Origin: a virus
Strand: one strand, 5' to 3'
DNA: 64,000 nucleotides
Virus record (IMG/VR): IMGVR_UViG_3300050821_005814
Span: 42,806-106,805 of that record
The notes below the pieces were generated by a model. The model was given only the letters and a program-made list of their open reading frames with translations, ran no database searches and was not told where the DNA came from. The translations under genes and the position numbers were made by a program. The first letter of the stretch is position 1, and every line of letters begins with the position of its first letter. Positions 18,381 through 28,191 of this stretch are shown in pieces.

Positions 18381-19025
18381 ATGAGTAAGCTTGTAATCTC
18401 CATTGACGACAACATCATCTTCAAGCTGTTTCAGCAATCGAGCCTGATGCCTCCATGCATGTTGAAGATCGGTTGGTTGCAGGTGCTTGCTGCGACCGCT
18501 GCGACGACGTTCGCTGGCCACATGCTGGATGTCAAGCTGTTCGATACGCCAGACAAGGTCTATAAGATTGTCAGCGATTTGACGCACCACTTTGAACCCG
18601 CCTTTCTGTCTGTGCATGCGGCAGGAGGGCGCGAGATGCTCAATGCTGCATATGCCGCGGCGGCGGGGACGAACACGGAGCTGTTCGCAGTTGGCGTAAT
18701 GACAACCGATCATGCAGCAAGAGGGATTGAGGAACTATCGCGCAATGTCGAGCTTGCTACGATGGCGCTGGAGACAGGTATCAACTATCTAAGTTGCAGT
18801 ATGGATTCTGTGCATTTCCTGAAGACGATGTTCCCGGCGCTCAAGCTAATCGTGCCCGGCATCCGCATGGGCAACAGCGACCTTCGTATGGTCAAGGACC
18901 ATGCGCGCGTGCACGAACCGACAGACCGACGTGTCGACTACTACGTCGTCGGGCGACCTATCACGCAATCGGCAGCACCCTTTGTGGAGGCGAAGCGTTA
19001 CTTCGATGTGATCGATGCCCTCTAA
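18381..19025 (+). CDS. pyrF: Orotidine-5'-phosphate decarboxylase-like protein (divergent)
   Basis: LKIG, DxKxxD (DVKLFDTP), SVHAAGG..ML, VPGIR, VVGRPITQS. Confidence 0.8.
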   Translation: MSKLVISIDDNIIFKLFQQSSLMPPCMLKIGWLQVLAATAATTFAGHMLDVKLFDTPDKVYKIVSDLTHHFEPAFLSVHAAGGREMLNAAYAAAAGTNTELFAVGVMTTDHAARGIEELSRNVELATMALETGINYLSCSMDSVHFLKTMFPALKLIVPGIRMGNSDLRMVKDHARVHEPTDRRVDYYVVGRPITQSAAPFVEAKRYFDVIDAL

Positions 19026-20079
19026 GCGCAAGGCGGGCACGCCGAAAGTCTGCATGCTCATAGATAGCGGCGCCTACTCAGCGTGGCGATTGAAGAAGCC
19101 AGTCAACCTCGATCAGTACTGCGACTTCTTGAAAGCCAATCTCGACTGGATCAACGGCTATGTCAACATGGATGTCATCATCCCGGAAGACCCTGAGAAG
19201 GCAGCAGCAGCAGGCTTCGAGAACTTTAAGTGCATGCGGCGCAAGGGACTCAATCCCATCCCTGTTGTGCACGCAGGCGAGGACATCAAGTGGACCTATC
19301 GCTATCTCGATGCGAAGTGTGACTACCTGGGGATTTCCTCATCCATGTTAGGGCATCGTCCAGGCGGCATGGCGGACGACTGGTATGCGGAGGTCTGGTC
19401 GCATCTCGTTGACAGTCAGGGTAATCCCATCGTCAAGACGCATGCGTTCGGCGAGGGGCGGCAGGAAGCTATGCAGCGCTTCCCCTGGTACTCCGCTGAC
19501 AGCGCGAGCTGGATTTATGCGTCGCAGCGCAGCGGACGTGTCAAGCTTATTGGCGGGCGTGATGTGCAGTTCCGTGCTGACGGTCTGCATACCGAACGCG
19601 AACCCGACATCCTATCACTCGCCAAACATGATCACGGCGAGTTTAGCCGCATACTGGCAGACGAAGGGATTGACTGGGAAAGCTTCAAGGAGCGTTCAGG
19701 TCGCCCCGCCTACACCATTCGCACCTATTTGACCTGCAAGTACTTCCTTTGGTTGGAGAAGTACATACGCGGCATGCAGCCGATTGCTTTCCATCCGACA
19801 TCCTTGTTTGGGCGCCCAAAGGTGAAGCTGCCGGGCATTCGGCTTAACGCATTCAACCTGCATCTCGTGCTTGGCGGCAATGCGTCAGCGCAAGCTGTGT
19901 TTGCGCATGCAGGCGGGACAAACGCCCTTGTGTCATTCTTTCACATCCTCGAGTTTGCGCACTACGCGACACTTCGCGACTTCGTGTATAATCCTCTCAA
20001 GACCTGTCAAACAGCAGAGCATCTGAAAGGGTACTACGATGTCATCGACAAGCTCGTTAAAGCGCCGGCAGCAGCGTAA
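19015..20079 (+). CDS. dpdA: TGT-family transglycosylase, DpdA-like (7-deazaguanine insertion into DNA)
   Basis: IDSGAYSA, NMDVI, IPVVHAGE, THAFG, PWYSADSASW; next to folE. Confidence 0.8.
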   Translation: MPSKRKAGTPKVCMLIDSGAYSAWRLKKPVNLDQYCDFLKANLDWINGYVNMDVIIPEDPEKAAAAGFENFKCMRRKGLNPIPVVHAGEDIKWTYRYLDAKCDYLGISSSMLGHRPGGMADDWYAEVWSHLVDSQGNPIVKTHAFGEGRQEAMQRFPWYSADSASWIYASQRSGRVKLIGGRDVQFRADGLHTEREPDILSLAKHDHGEFSRILADEGIDWESFKERSGRPAYTIRTYLTCKYFLWLEKYIRGMQPIAFHPTSLFGRPKVKLPGIRLNAFNLHLVLGGNASAQAVFAHAGGTNALVSFFHILEFAHYATLRDFVYNPLKTCQTAEHLKGYYDVIDKLVKAPAAA

Positions 20080-20092
20080 GAGCAGCGCGAAC

Positions 20093-20467
20093 ATGCAGCG
20101 CTTGTTGCATGCGCGTAAAGTGATGGAGCAGGTGCGTGATGAGCAGCGGCCATTCAATATGGCGACGTGGTTTGCGCCATCTGATCCAGAGTATGCGCAT
20201 GACTGCCAGACTGCCGCTTGCTTTGGCGGTTGGTGCGCGCGAGATCCGCTGTTTCAGGCTGAGGGACTCGGAATCTTTATGGAGATGCCAGCTTACAGCG
20301 ACAGGGTAGGGTCAGTCGCACTAGCGAACTTCTTCAACATTAAGCTGCCCGACGCCAAGTTCCTGACGCTGCCGCGTAATTATGAGGAGCTCGTCGGCAC
20401 CGCTGACAGAATCCAACCGCAACACGTCATCGACCATCTCGACATAGTCATAAAGAGGTACTCATGA
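20093..20467 (+). CDS. Hypothetical phage protein (CxTAACxGGW motif)
   Basis: FNMATW...CQTAACFGGWCA. Confidence 0.6.
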   Translation: MQRLLHARKVMEQVRDEQRPFNMATWFAPSDPEYAHDCQTAACFGGWCARDPLFQAEGLGIFMEMPAYSDRVGSVALANFFNIKLPDAKFLTLPRNYEELVGTADRIQPQHVIDHLDIVIKRYS

Positions 20468-21543
20468 ATAGCTCTGAGCTCAATGCAGCTCTCAAGCCGT
20501 TTCGGCAGATCGCAAACAACAATGCGCTCTCGCCAATCTACCGCTCCCTCGCTGTGTCAGCGAAGCGCATACGAGGAGAAGCAAGCTTCGCGCATTTGGA
20601 TGCAGCAGTCGACTTGCCGCTTGAACGCGAGATCTGCGTTGACACACGTATCTTCCTTGCAGTTGTCGACTCGCTGCCAAGCAACAGCGACCTGACGCTT
20701 GAAGCCAACGAGAACGTCCTCGCATGGAAGTGCGGTTCGGCGTCCGGCCGCCTAGCACTCGCTGCAATCGACATCCCAAAGGTCCCCTGGCCGCGCACAG
20801 GTAATGCAGCGTTCACACCAACAGACGCATTCAAGCAAGCACTCGAACTTGGTGCGCTCTCATGCGCTGACCAGACTACGGACTCGTCAGGACTGCGGGG
20901 CGTTGTCATTGACAACCGCGGCGACCTGACTATCGCGTCGTCAGACGCAACGACGCTCAGCGTTGCAAGCCTAGACCTTGGGTTCAAGGACTGGCCGGAT
21001 CTCGTGACGATGCCGCCAGACGGTATGCGCTTGCTCGCGAGCGTGATCACGGCAGATGAGGGTGATCTCGCATTCCAAGCGGCGGGTAAAGCAGGCGACC
21101 CAGCGCACATGTACTACTCTGACACGAAGCTGCGCTGCGCTATCCCGCAAGCGAAAGCATTGACGCGTGATCTCGCTAAGACCGTGAAGGAGTACTCCGG
21201 CGAGAAGGTCACAGCCGAACTACCGCGGGAGCGTGTGCGCGCGTTCATCAAGCGCATCGCAGCGCTGGCGGAGAGCCGCTACGATGCATACGTTGAACTC
21301 GGCGCCAAGAAGGGTCGCCTGACATTGGGGTTTATGGAAGGCGTCGTAACGACCGACGAGTACTACCTCGTCGAGAGCCTCAAGAAGATCCCCGATCTTG
21401 AGCCCGTCCGCCTCAATGCAATCAAGCTTGGGCGAGCGCTTGAGCACGTTGATCGCGTCGTACTGGACTACATCGACAAACGTGCTGTCGTACTGCGCGG
21501 CGATGGGTTCGGCTACATCATTGCAGGCCATTCCCCGAAATGA
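20464..21543 (+). CDS. dnaN: DNA polymerase sliding clamp (beta-clamp-like)
   Basis: 359 aa, three-domain size, LRGVVI...IASSDATTLS resembling the LxGV...ATDGxRL region; replication context. Confidence 0.65.
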   Translation: MNSSELNAALKPFRQIANNNALSPIYRSLAVSAKRIRGEASFAHLDAAVDLPLEREICVDTRIFLAVVDSLPSNSDLTLEANENVLAWKCGSASGRLALAAIDIPKVPWPRTGNAAFTPTDAFKQALELGALSCADQTTDSSGLRGVVIDNRGDLTIASSDATTLSVASLDLGFKDWPDLVTMPPDGMRLLASVITADEGDLAFQAAGKAGDPAHMYYSDTKLRCAIPQAKALTRDLAKTVKEYSGEKVTAELPRERVRAFIKRIAALAESRYDAYVELGAKKGRLTLGFMEGVVTTDEYYLVESLKKIPDLEPVRLNAIKLGRALEHVDRVVLDYIDKRAVVLRGDGFGYIIAGHSPK

Positions 21544-21833
21544 CACTCGTTCGCGCGCTGACAGTCGGCGGTCTGCATGATGGTGATTGGGTCGAGGTAG
21601 ACCCAACGATCCAAGTGCATCGGCGGTACGTGCAGACAAATTACTACCCCGTGACTGCATATGGTCTCACGCTACCGCAGCCTGAGCTACAAGCAGTGCA
21701 CTATGCGCTGCATAAGTTCCTTGGCGCATCGCACAGGGAGATGTTCTTCTTTCTTACACCGCAAAAAGCTGACCCCGACATAATCATTCGCGCACTCATG
21801 ACGACCTATCACAAAAGCCGTAAAAAGCCATGA
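21540..21833 (+). CDS. Hypothetical protein
   Basis: VGGxHDG start pattern; overlapping start and stop. Confidence 0.5.
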   Translation: MTLVRALTVGGLHDGDWVEVDPTIQVHRRYVQTNYYPVTAYGLTLPQPELQAVHYALHKFLGASHREMFFFLTPQKADPDIIIRALMTTYHKSRKKP

Positions 21834-21862
21834 TCTACCAACTGCACCCAAAGGAGACACCA

Positions 21863-22315
21863 ATGCCTGGTAAGCCCATTCTCTGCCTCGACTTTGACGG
21901 CGTCGTTCATCGCTATTCGCAGGGATGGAAAGGCGTTGACGTCATCTATGATGATGTTGTCCCTGGGTTCTTTGAGTGGGCTGCGAAAGCGCGCGATCAC
22001 TTCGAGCTTGTGATCTACTCGTCGCGATCCAAGTACTCCGAAGGGCTCGCTGCGATGCTAGAATGGCTCGGCACGCAGTTGACTAGCTGGAAGACCAGCA
22101 ACATAGTCAGCATTGAACTCCCGCCTTATCTCTCCGACTTCACATTTGCGCATGAGAAGCCGCCTGCTTTCCTCATCATTGACGACCGCGCAATACAGTT
22201 CCGCGGCGACTGGTCAGCATGGTGGCTTGAGCCAGAGAAACTGCGCGCGTTCAAAGCATGGACGAGCGGCGAGCAAGAGTCCTGCCCAACAACGCAAAGG
22301 GAGTCACAATCATGA
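21863..22315 (+). CDS. HAD-superfamily hydrolase
   Basis: CLDFDGV motif I, IYSSR, KPPA..IIDDRA; AAGGAG RBS before MPGKP. Confidence 0.8.
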   Translation: MPGKPILCLDFDGVVHRYSQGWKGVDVIYDDVVPGFFEWAAKARDHFELVIYSSRSKYSEGLAAMLEWLGTQLTSWKTSNIVSIELPPYLSDFTFAHEKPPAFLIIDDRAIQFRGDWSAWWLEPEKLRAFKAWTSGEQESCPTTQRESQS

Positions 22316-22521
22316 ACTTTTGCAAGGACTGCAAGTACTGCGAACTAGTCGTCGCCTACCAGACCTACAAGTGCACACATCCATCAGCGCTGGACCCTGT
22401 GACCGGCGCGTCCGCCAACAGCGACTGCAATACCGCTCGCAGCAAGGATGGGTTCTGCGGTCCTGGCGGCAAGCACTGGGAAGCGAAAGAGCTGCCAATC
22501 CCTGCAATGCCTACGCGCTGA
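22312..22521 (+). CDS. Small Cys-rich protein
   Basis: CKDCKYC...C.HP...DPVTG...C...R...CGPGGKHWE. Confidence 0.55.
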   Translation: MNFCKDCKYCELVVAYQTYKCTHPSALDPVTGASANSDCNTARSKDGFCGPGGKHWEAKELPIPAMPTR

Positions 22522-22658
22522 AATGACGCGCATTGCAACTGGACTAGCGATAGCAGCAGCTATCGCTAGTATTTTTATGGGGATCCGGTTCATCAGCAAT
22601 AGCTGTGCGATGGGCGACCTCAATAGCGCTTATTCTCACTCTACGCAGGAGCGCAAAG

Positions 22659-25232
22659 ATGGCGCTACCACTCAACGGTAGTCTATTTGAGGACATTCCA
22701 TTACCAACGACCATCCCAAAGACGCGTCGCTCAGGTGGCGGCGTAGCACGCGCGAAGCGCCAGCTTAGCCCAACTGAACGAGGATGCGATCACTGCCCCC
22801 TGCGCGAAACGTGGCCCCGCCTCACATCCCCACGCATGCCTGCATGCGGGAACACAGACGACCCCGACATCTTAGTGCTTGGCGAGGGGCCGGGCGAGGA
22901 AGAGGATGCAGAGGGAGAAGTGTTCATAGGCAAGAGCGGCAAGCTCCTGCGCCAATTTATCCCTGGTAGGTTTCGCGACCGCTTAGCATTCCAAAATGCT
23001 GTGCGTTGCCGCCCAGACGACAATCAAACGCCTGACGCTGCCGAGCTACATGCATGCAGCATTCACGTCGACGCTGACATAAAGCAGCTAGGCGTTGGTT
23101 ATATCCTCGGCGTTGGAGGTGTTCCGCTCTCCCGCTTCGTGCGCGGCAAGACAGCATCCATCCTTGCGATCCACGGCGTGCGCTTCCCCGTCGAGATCAA
23201 CGGTGAGACGTTATGGTACTACCCTGTGATGCACCCCTCGTTTGTCATGCGTATGGGCGATAGCAACGAAGGGCGGGGTGAAGGTCCTGCGATGCCTGTG
23301 TTCCGCGCTGACATGAAGCGCTTCTTTGCGGAAGTCGACTCATGGCCGCGTCCAGTCATCACGCCTATGAGTCCAAAGGATGTGCTGCTACCGCGGACGC
23401 GCGATGAGGCCGAGGCGCTGCTCGCTAAGATGCATGCTCCGGTCGGTCTTGATCTTGAAACGTCATCGCCGCATCCAGACCGCGTACCAAAGCCCTATAT
23501 GATCGGCGCCAAACTCGTATCAGCAGCAATTAGTGACGGGAAGACAACCTTCGCGTTCGCAGTTGACGGTAACGAATGGGGACTGGACTTCCTGCTACAA
23601 ATTGCAGAGGAGCACGAATGGATCGCGCAGAATGCCAGCTATGAGCTAGCCTGGCTGATCTACATGTCGCAGACAATGCGGCGCAATCGTCCGCTCAAAC
23701 GATGCCAAGATACCATGGCGCTTGCGCGCATTTACCATCAGCGCGAAACTCTCCTGTCGCTCGCTGCGATCTCGCGCATACATCTCGGCGTTGATGTCAA
23801 ACAGATCATGGAGATCAACACAACGCGTCTTGATGCCTACCCAATCGAGGAGGTTTTGCAGTACAATGGGTTGGATGCACTAGCAACAGCCCTCATCCAT
23901 CGCAAACTGCATAAGCGCGTCGACCCCATGCTGTACGAGCAGATCATGGGCCGCACATACTCTGTCGTTGACATGGAGCTTGCAGGCCTGCCTGTGTCGA
24001 TTGAGGTAGCTGAGAAGCTAGCGGTGAAATGGAAAGCTAAAGCAGATGAGGCTGAAGAGGCTGCTAAGAAGCTGCATGAGGTACGCGCTTATGAGGCCGC
24101 TGCGCAGGTAGCATTCTCCATCAGCAAGCCAGCGCAGGTCGGTGAAGCGCTTGTGCTGCACGGCAAGATCAACCTGCCGAAGACCGAGAAAGGGAAGCAG
24201 TACAACACGAAGGATGAGATCCTCAATGCGGAGTGCCCCGATCATCCATTAGCGAAAGCAGTGCTGAGTTGGCGTGAAGCAACGAAGGTGCGTTCGACCT
24301 ATACGCTGTGTGTGATCGAGGTGCCAACCATCTACAAGGATGGCATGCTGCATCCCGGTTACAACACAATGCTCGTGTCGACCTTCCGCTTGTCGTCAGA
24401 CGACCCCAACATTCAGAACTGGCCGAAGCGCAGCGCTGCGACGCGTGAGGTACGCAGCATGATTGAGGTGCCAGAAGGTTACGTTCTCGTCCCAATGGAC
24501 CAGGGGCAGATTCAGGTACGCATTATCGCAATGGCGTCTGGCGACAAGAAGCTGATCAAGAATCTCGTTGAGGGGCATGACACGCACACAGACTGGCTGA
24601 ACAACACGATCGACATCTATCCCGACTACATAGACCGCCTCGCGCAGAAGGTCGGCGAGAAGGACGAGAAGAAGATCCGTAAGTACGGCCGCAATATCAT
24701 CAAGACAGACTTCGTCTTCTACAGTCTGTTCGGCGGGGGATACAAAGGCATCGCGCGCACAACAGGCATCCCTGAGCGCCTATCAAGGGAACTGCAAGGC
24801 GAGTTCTTCCTCGAGTTCAAAGGTGTGAAGGACTGGCAGAATAGGCAGCGCAAGCAATACGCGGACACAGGCTCGATCACCGGACTGTCTGGTGAAACGC
24901 GCCATGCAATCTTGTGGGGCAATGAGCCGCTTAACACGCCGATCCAAATGGGCGAAGCGCAGATAGTCCTTGAAGCGCAAGCTGAGTTGGCGACGAAGGC
25001 GCGTGAGACCGGCGACAAGCACTACCTACCGCGCATCAGCGTGCATGATGACCTGACCTTCATACTACCCGATGACAACCGGCTCATGGGGTATATTGAG
25101 GAGATAGCTGAGGTCATGCTGAAGGTGCGCTACGACTGGCAAATATGCCCCTTGAGCTTGGAGGTTCAGCTTGGCACCAACTGGGCGGACCTAACTGAGG
25201 TCCATACGTTCACGGGGGACTATATGAGATGA
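22659..25232 (+). CDS. polA: Family A DNA polymerase with N-terminal family-4 uracil-DNA-glycosylase-like domain and 3'-5' exonuclease
   Basis: CDHCPL, LGEGPG..ED..G..FIGKSG, NAVRCRP, HPSF (UDG); LDLET, YNGLD (Exo); RLSS.DPNIQN, DQGQIQVR, RxxxK, VHDD (Pol). Confidence 0.95.
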   Translation: MALPLNGSLFEDIPLPTTIPKTRRSGGGVARAKRQLSPTERGCDHCPLRETWPRLTSPRMPACGNTDDPDILVLGEGPGEEEDAEGEVFIGKSGKLLRQFIPGRFRDRLAFQNAVRCRPDDNQTPDAAELHACSIHVDADIKQLGVGYILGVGGVPLSRFVRGKTASILAIHGVRFPVEINGETLWYYPVMHPSFVMRMGDSNEGRGEGPAMPVFRADMKRFFAEVDSWPRPVITPMSPKDVLLPRTRDEAEALLAKMHAPVGLDLETSSPHPDRVPKPYMIGAKLVSAAISDGKTTFAFAVDGNEWGLDFLLQIAEEHEWIAQNASYELAWLIYMSQTMRRNRPLKRCQDTMALARIYHQRETLLSLAAISRIHLGVDVKQIMEINTTRLDAYPIEEVLQYNGLDALATALIHRKLHKRVDPMLYEQIMGRTYSVVDMELAGLPVSIEVAEKLAVKWKAKADEAEEAAKKLHEVRAYEAAAQVAFSISKPAQVGEALVLHGKINLPKTEKGKQYNTKDEILNAECPDHPLAKAVLSWREATKVRSTYTLCVIEVPTIYKDGMLHPGYNTMLVSTFRLSSDDPNIQNWPKRSAATREVRSMIEVPEGYVLVPMDQGQIQVRIIAMASGDKKLIKNLVEGHDTHTDWLNNTIDIYPDYIDRLAQKVGEKDEKKIRKYGRNIIKTDFVFYSLFGGGYKGIARTTGIPERLSRELQGEFFLEFKGVKDWQNRQRKQYADTGSITGLSGETRHAILWGNEPLNTPIQMGEAQIVLEAQAELATKARETGDKHYLPRISVHDDLTFILPDDNRLMGYIEEIAEVMLKVRYDWQICPLSLEVQLGTNWADLTEVHTFTGDYMR

Positions 25233-26284
25233 GTAAGATTCCTGAATCTTATCGCGCCATGGATCGCATATGGTTGATCCAGAAGCATCCGTCCGACGAC
25301 AGGTATCGCGTCTGGACCTACGAAGACGATATCGACGGTCCAGCTAATGCTGTGCTGTTGAATGGCGCGACAAGTACATCGCTCGAGCAAGCAGGCGAAG
25401 ACGTGCTGCACAATATGTATGGCGCTACCAAGCGCCAAGAACTTCGCTTGGAAGATGAGCTCAAGCTTGTCCGCAGGCTAAGCGGCGAGATTCGCACAGC
25501 CATCGACAACCCGCGGATCATTGGGCGTTTCATGCGCTCTTTGGAAGCAACGGCTGAGCTCGAGAAGGAGCCGCGCTTTGATGAAGTAGAATGGAGTCTG
25601 CCACGGCAGACCGTACAAGCATTGGCGCAAGCCGAAGCGCAAAACATACTGTGCGCTTTGCCGCCTACTGCCTTGGTGTTTAGGCAGCACTCCGGTGCAC
25701 TACTCAACGATATGGTACATGCATGGAACGCCACATTTTACAATGGGCGCCTATGGGACAAGCAGCAGGTGGATGCTGCCAGTCAAGCCATAGGGTTGCC
25801 GCAGGGGCGCTGGCGGTGCTGGATCAAAAACTGGAGCAATCCTGACATTGCTGAGCAACTGCGCACCTTCAAGTTCAAAGGTAAGCTGTACTGGTGCGCA
25901 CGGGCATCAAAGCATGCAATCCCAGAGGGCTACGTTGAACAGTTTGAGCGTCCAACGCGCCCACGGACTAAAGACCGTTACCTGAACGGTATGGGTTTGG
26001 TGCGCGATGCCGCACAGCACCAATTAGATCTTATAGCACGAAACAAGATGCCTGAGCTGCATTTCAAGCTTGCGCCTAAGTTCAACCAGCGCCTCGCCGC
26101 CAAGATCGATATCTGCATGCAAAAGACATCTGGTGCTATACCTGCGAAGGTCATATGCGAAAGGGTCGGCGCGAGGTCACCTACCAACAAGCGCCGCGTA
26201 TACAATATCCTCGCGCGCTTGGCCGGAGAAGGCTACATCCAACTTGGTAAGGATGGCTTCTATACCTTAGCGTCGCGCGCATGA
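25229..26284 (+). CDS. Hypothetical protein, possible C-terminal winged helix
   Basis: 351-aa ORF coupled to polA. Confidence 0.65.
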   Translation: MSKIPESYRAMDRIWLIQKHPSDDRYRVWTYEDDIDGPANAVLLNGATSTSLEQAGEDVLHNMYGATKRQELRLEDELKLVRRLSGEIRTAIDNPRIIGRFMRSLEATAELEKEPRFDEVEWSLPRQTVQALAQAEAQNILCALPPTALVFRQHSGALLNDMVHAWNATFYNGRLWDKQQVDAASQAIGLPQGRWRCWIKNWSNPDIAEQLRTFKFKGKLYWCARASKHAIPEGYVEQFERPTRPRTKDRYLNGMGLVRDAAQHQLDLIARNKMPELHFKLAPKFNQRLAAKIDICMQKTSGAIPAKVICERVGARSPTNKRRVYNILARLAGEGYIQLGKDGFYTLASRA

Positions 26285-26673
26285 GCGACTGGATTCCACC
26301 CGAGACAGGCGGCAGCTTCGTTGCGCTGCCTGTCTCTGCTGTGCGCGATGCAGCACATGCAACGCTCACCAACATTGATCAGCATCGCACCGAGCTGCAT
26401 GCGCAAGCGATTGAAGCGGCCCAAAGCGGCTGGTTCGGCAAGCGCTCAAAAGAACGAGCGGAACGACTGTATCGGCAGACGCGCCTACATCGTGCGAATA
26501 GCAACTGCTATTCAGAACACTACTCTGCCGCTGCGCAATTGTATGCACTGACAACCGCTGCGCTGCGATTGCAAGCTGATGATGAAATGATGGTGACTGT
26601 GGCCGACTTCCGTATGATCGGCAGTGCGTGGCTCAAACTCCACGAACCAGCCAGTACCAGTAACAAGGAGTAG
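26281..26673 (+). CDS. Hypothetical protein
   Basis: ATGA overlap. Confidence 0.55.
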   Translation: MSDWIPPETGGSFVALPVSAVRDAAHATLTNIDQHRTELHAQAIEAAQSGWFGKRSKERAERLYRQTRLHRANSNCYSEHYSAAAQLYALTTAALRLQADDEMMVTVADFRMIGSAWLKLHEPASTSNKE

Positions 26674-26677
26674 CATT

Positions 26678-27679
26678 GTGGCAAAGCGTGCGCGGGTTGC
26701 AGTCGAAGATGATGAGGTTCTCCAAGAAGCACCGCCGATCAAGGTCGCCGAACCACTGATCACTGCTTACCGCCCGCAGATGTGGGGGGAACTCATTGGG
26801 CACGAGGAAGCGATCCCCAAGCTTCGCCGCACGATCCAATCAAACAGCCATGCACATGCATATTTGCTGGTCGGGCCGTCTGGCGTCGGGAAGACAACGA
26901 TTGCCCGCCTAATCGCACAGGAGTTCGAAGCTGAAGTGCTGGAAGTCGATGCTGCGACCTACAGCGGCAAAGACGAGATGAAGCAGCTCATCGAGACCGG
27001 CCGCCACATGTCGCTATCAGGTGCAGGCAAGCGCCTCATACTCATGAACGAGGTGCAGCGGCTGTCAAAGGCTGCATGGGATGCGCTGCTGACAACGCTC
27101 GAGGAACCCCCGCCGCATCTCTACTTCGCGCTGACGACGACTGAACCAGACAAGGTGCCGGATGCTGTCAACACACGCTCCTATCGCGTGCTGCTGCGAT
27201 CTGTTGGACACAAGGACATTGAGACGCTCCTCGAGGCTGTCATAGCAGCCGAAGGGTGGGAAGTCGTTGACGATGTGTTTAATGCAATCGTCAACGCGTC
27301 CAATGGTCAACCCCGCCTCGCGCTGTCAATCCTACAGTCGGCGTACGATGCTGAGTCAAGCGATGAGGTTACGCGCATTGCAGGGCTAATCGACCAGGAC
27401 AACAGCCCGCTGATCGAGCTCTGCCAGTTCCTGATTGCAGGCAAGACGAACTGGGAACTCATTCAGCGCATGCTGCAACGCGTCAATGACGATGACTACC
27501 AGCCCGGCCTGACGATATGCGGGCGTTACATCGCAGCCGTTGCTATCAAGTCCGAGAACGCATCGACTGCACAACGCGCGCTGTCGCTCATCGAGGCATT
27601 CGCGGCGCCAGCAGCGACATTCGACCCCAAGGTGCAGTTCCTCGCAGCAATCAGCCGCTATGTATGGAGTATGAAATGA
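26678..27679 (+). CDS. dnaX: Clamp-loader AAA+ ATPase (DnaX gamma/tau-like)
   Basis: YRPQ.W.ELIGHE, HAYLLVGPSGVGKTTIAR, EVDAA, ALL.TLEEPP, TTE..KVP; GTG start after AAGGAG. Confidence 0.9.
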   Translation: MAKRARVAVEDDEVLQEAPPIKVAEPLITAYRPQMWGELIGHEEAIPKLRRTIQSNSHAHAYLLVGPSGVGKTTIARLIAQEFEAEVLEVDAATYSGKDEMKQLIETGRHMSLSGAGKRLILMNEVQRLSKAAWDALLTTLEEPPPHLYFALTTTEPDKVPDAVNTRSYRVLLRSVGHKDIETLLEAVIAAEGWEVVDDVFNAIVNASNGQPRLALSILQSAYDAESSDEVTRIAGLIDQDNSPLIELCQFLIAGKTNWELIQRMLQRVNDDDYQPGLTICGRYIAAVAIKSENASTAQRALSLIEAFAAPAATFDPKVQFLAAISRYVWSMK

Positions 27680-28191
27680 CGCGCGAACAAAAGGTCATCT
27701 TTGACCGACTCAAGGCACGCCTGACTGTCAGTACGTTGCATCTCGAAGAAGACCTCATAGAGCTGCCAATGTTCGTCATGGAGATCGGCGAACACCATGC
27801 GGATGCAATCAAGGAGCATGGCGCGGCTGAACACGAACTCGAGATCGTCGAGGCTGATGTCGCTGACCTGCTGCGCCGCAAGCCAATTCCCGCTCCTACC
27901 AAAGCGAGCGGCGACACAGCGACAAAGACGCGTTCTGAAGCGCAGATCAAAGCAGAGTTACCGCTGCATGAGAAGGTGATTGACGCAGCCACTGCTGTCG
28001 CTAACGCGGCGCATGACGTCGCATTGTGGCGCGCATTGCAGGATGCATCGCGCACAAAAGATCGGGCAGTACATCGGGTAGCTGAGCTTGTCATAACTGG
28101 CTACCTCACAAAGGACACGGTATATAAGGAGGGACGGCGCAATTTGAATGAAGCGCGTCAGCGCAGGACAAGGGAACGAGAGGCAACGTGA
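27676..28191 (+). CDS. UvsY-like recombination mediator (coiled coil)
   Basis: Helical protein with SEAQIKAE; located before SSB and RecA. Confidence 0.5.
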   Translation: MTREQKVIFDRLKARLTVSTLHLEEDLIELPMFVMEIGEHHADAIKEHGAAEHELEIVEADVADLLRRKPIPAPTKASGDTATKTRSEAQIKAELPLHEKVIDAATAVANAAHDVALWRALQDASRTKDRAVHRVAELVITGYLTKDTVYKEGRRNLNEARQRRTREREAT

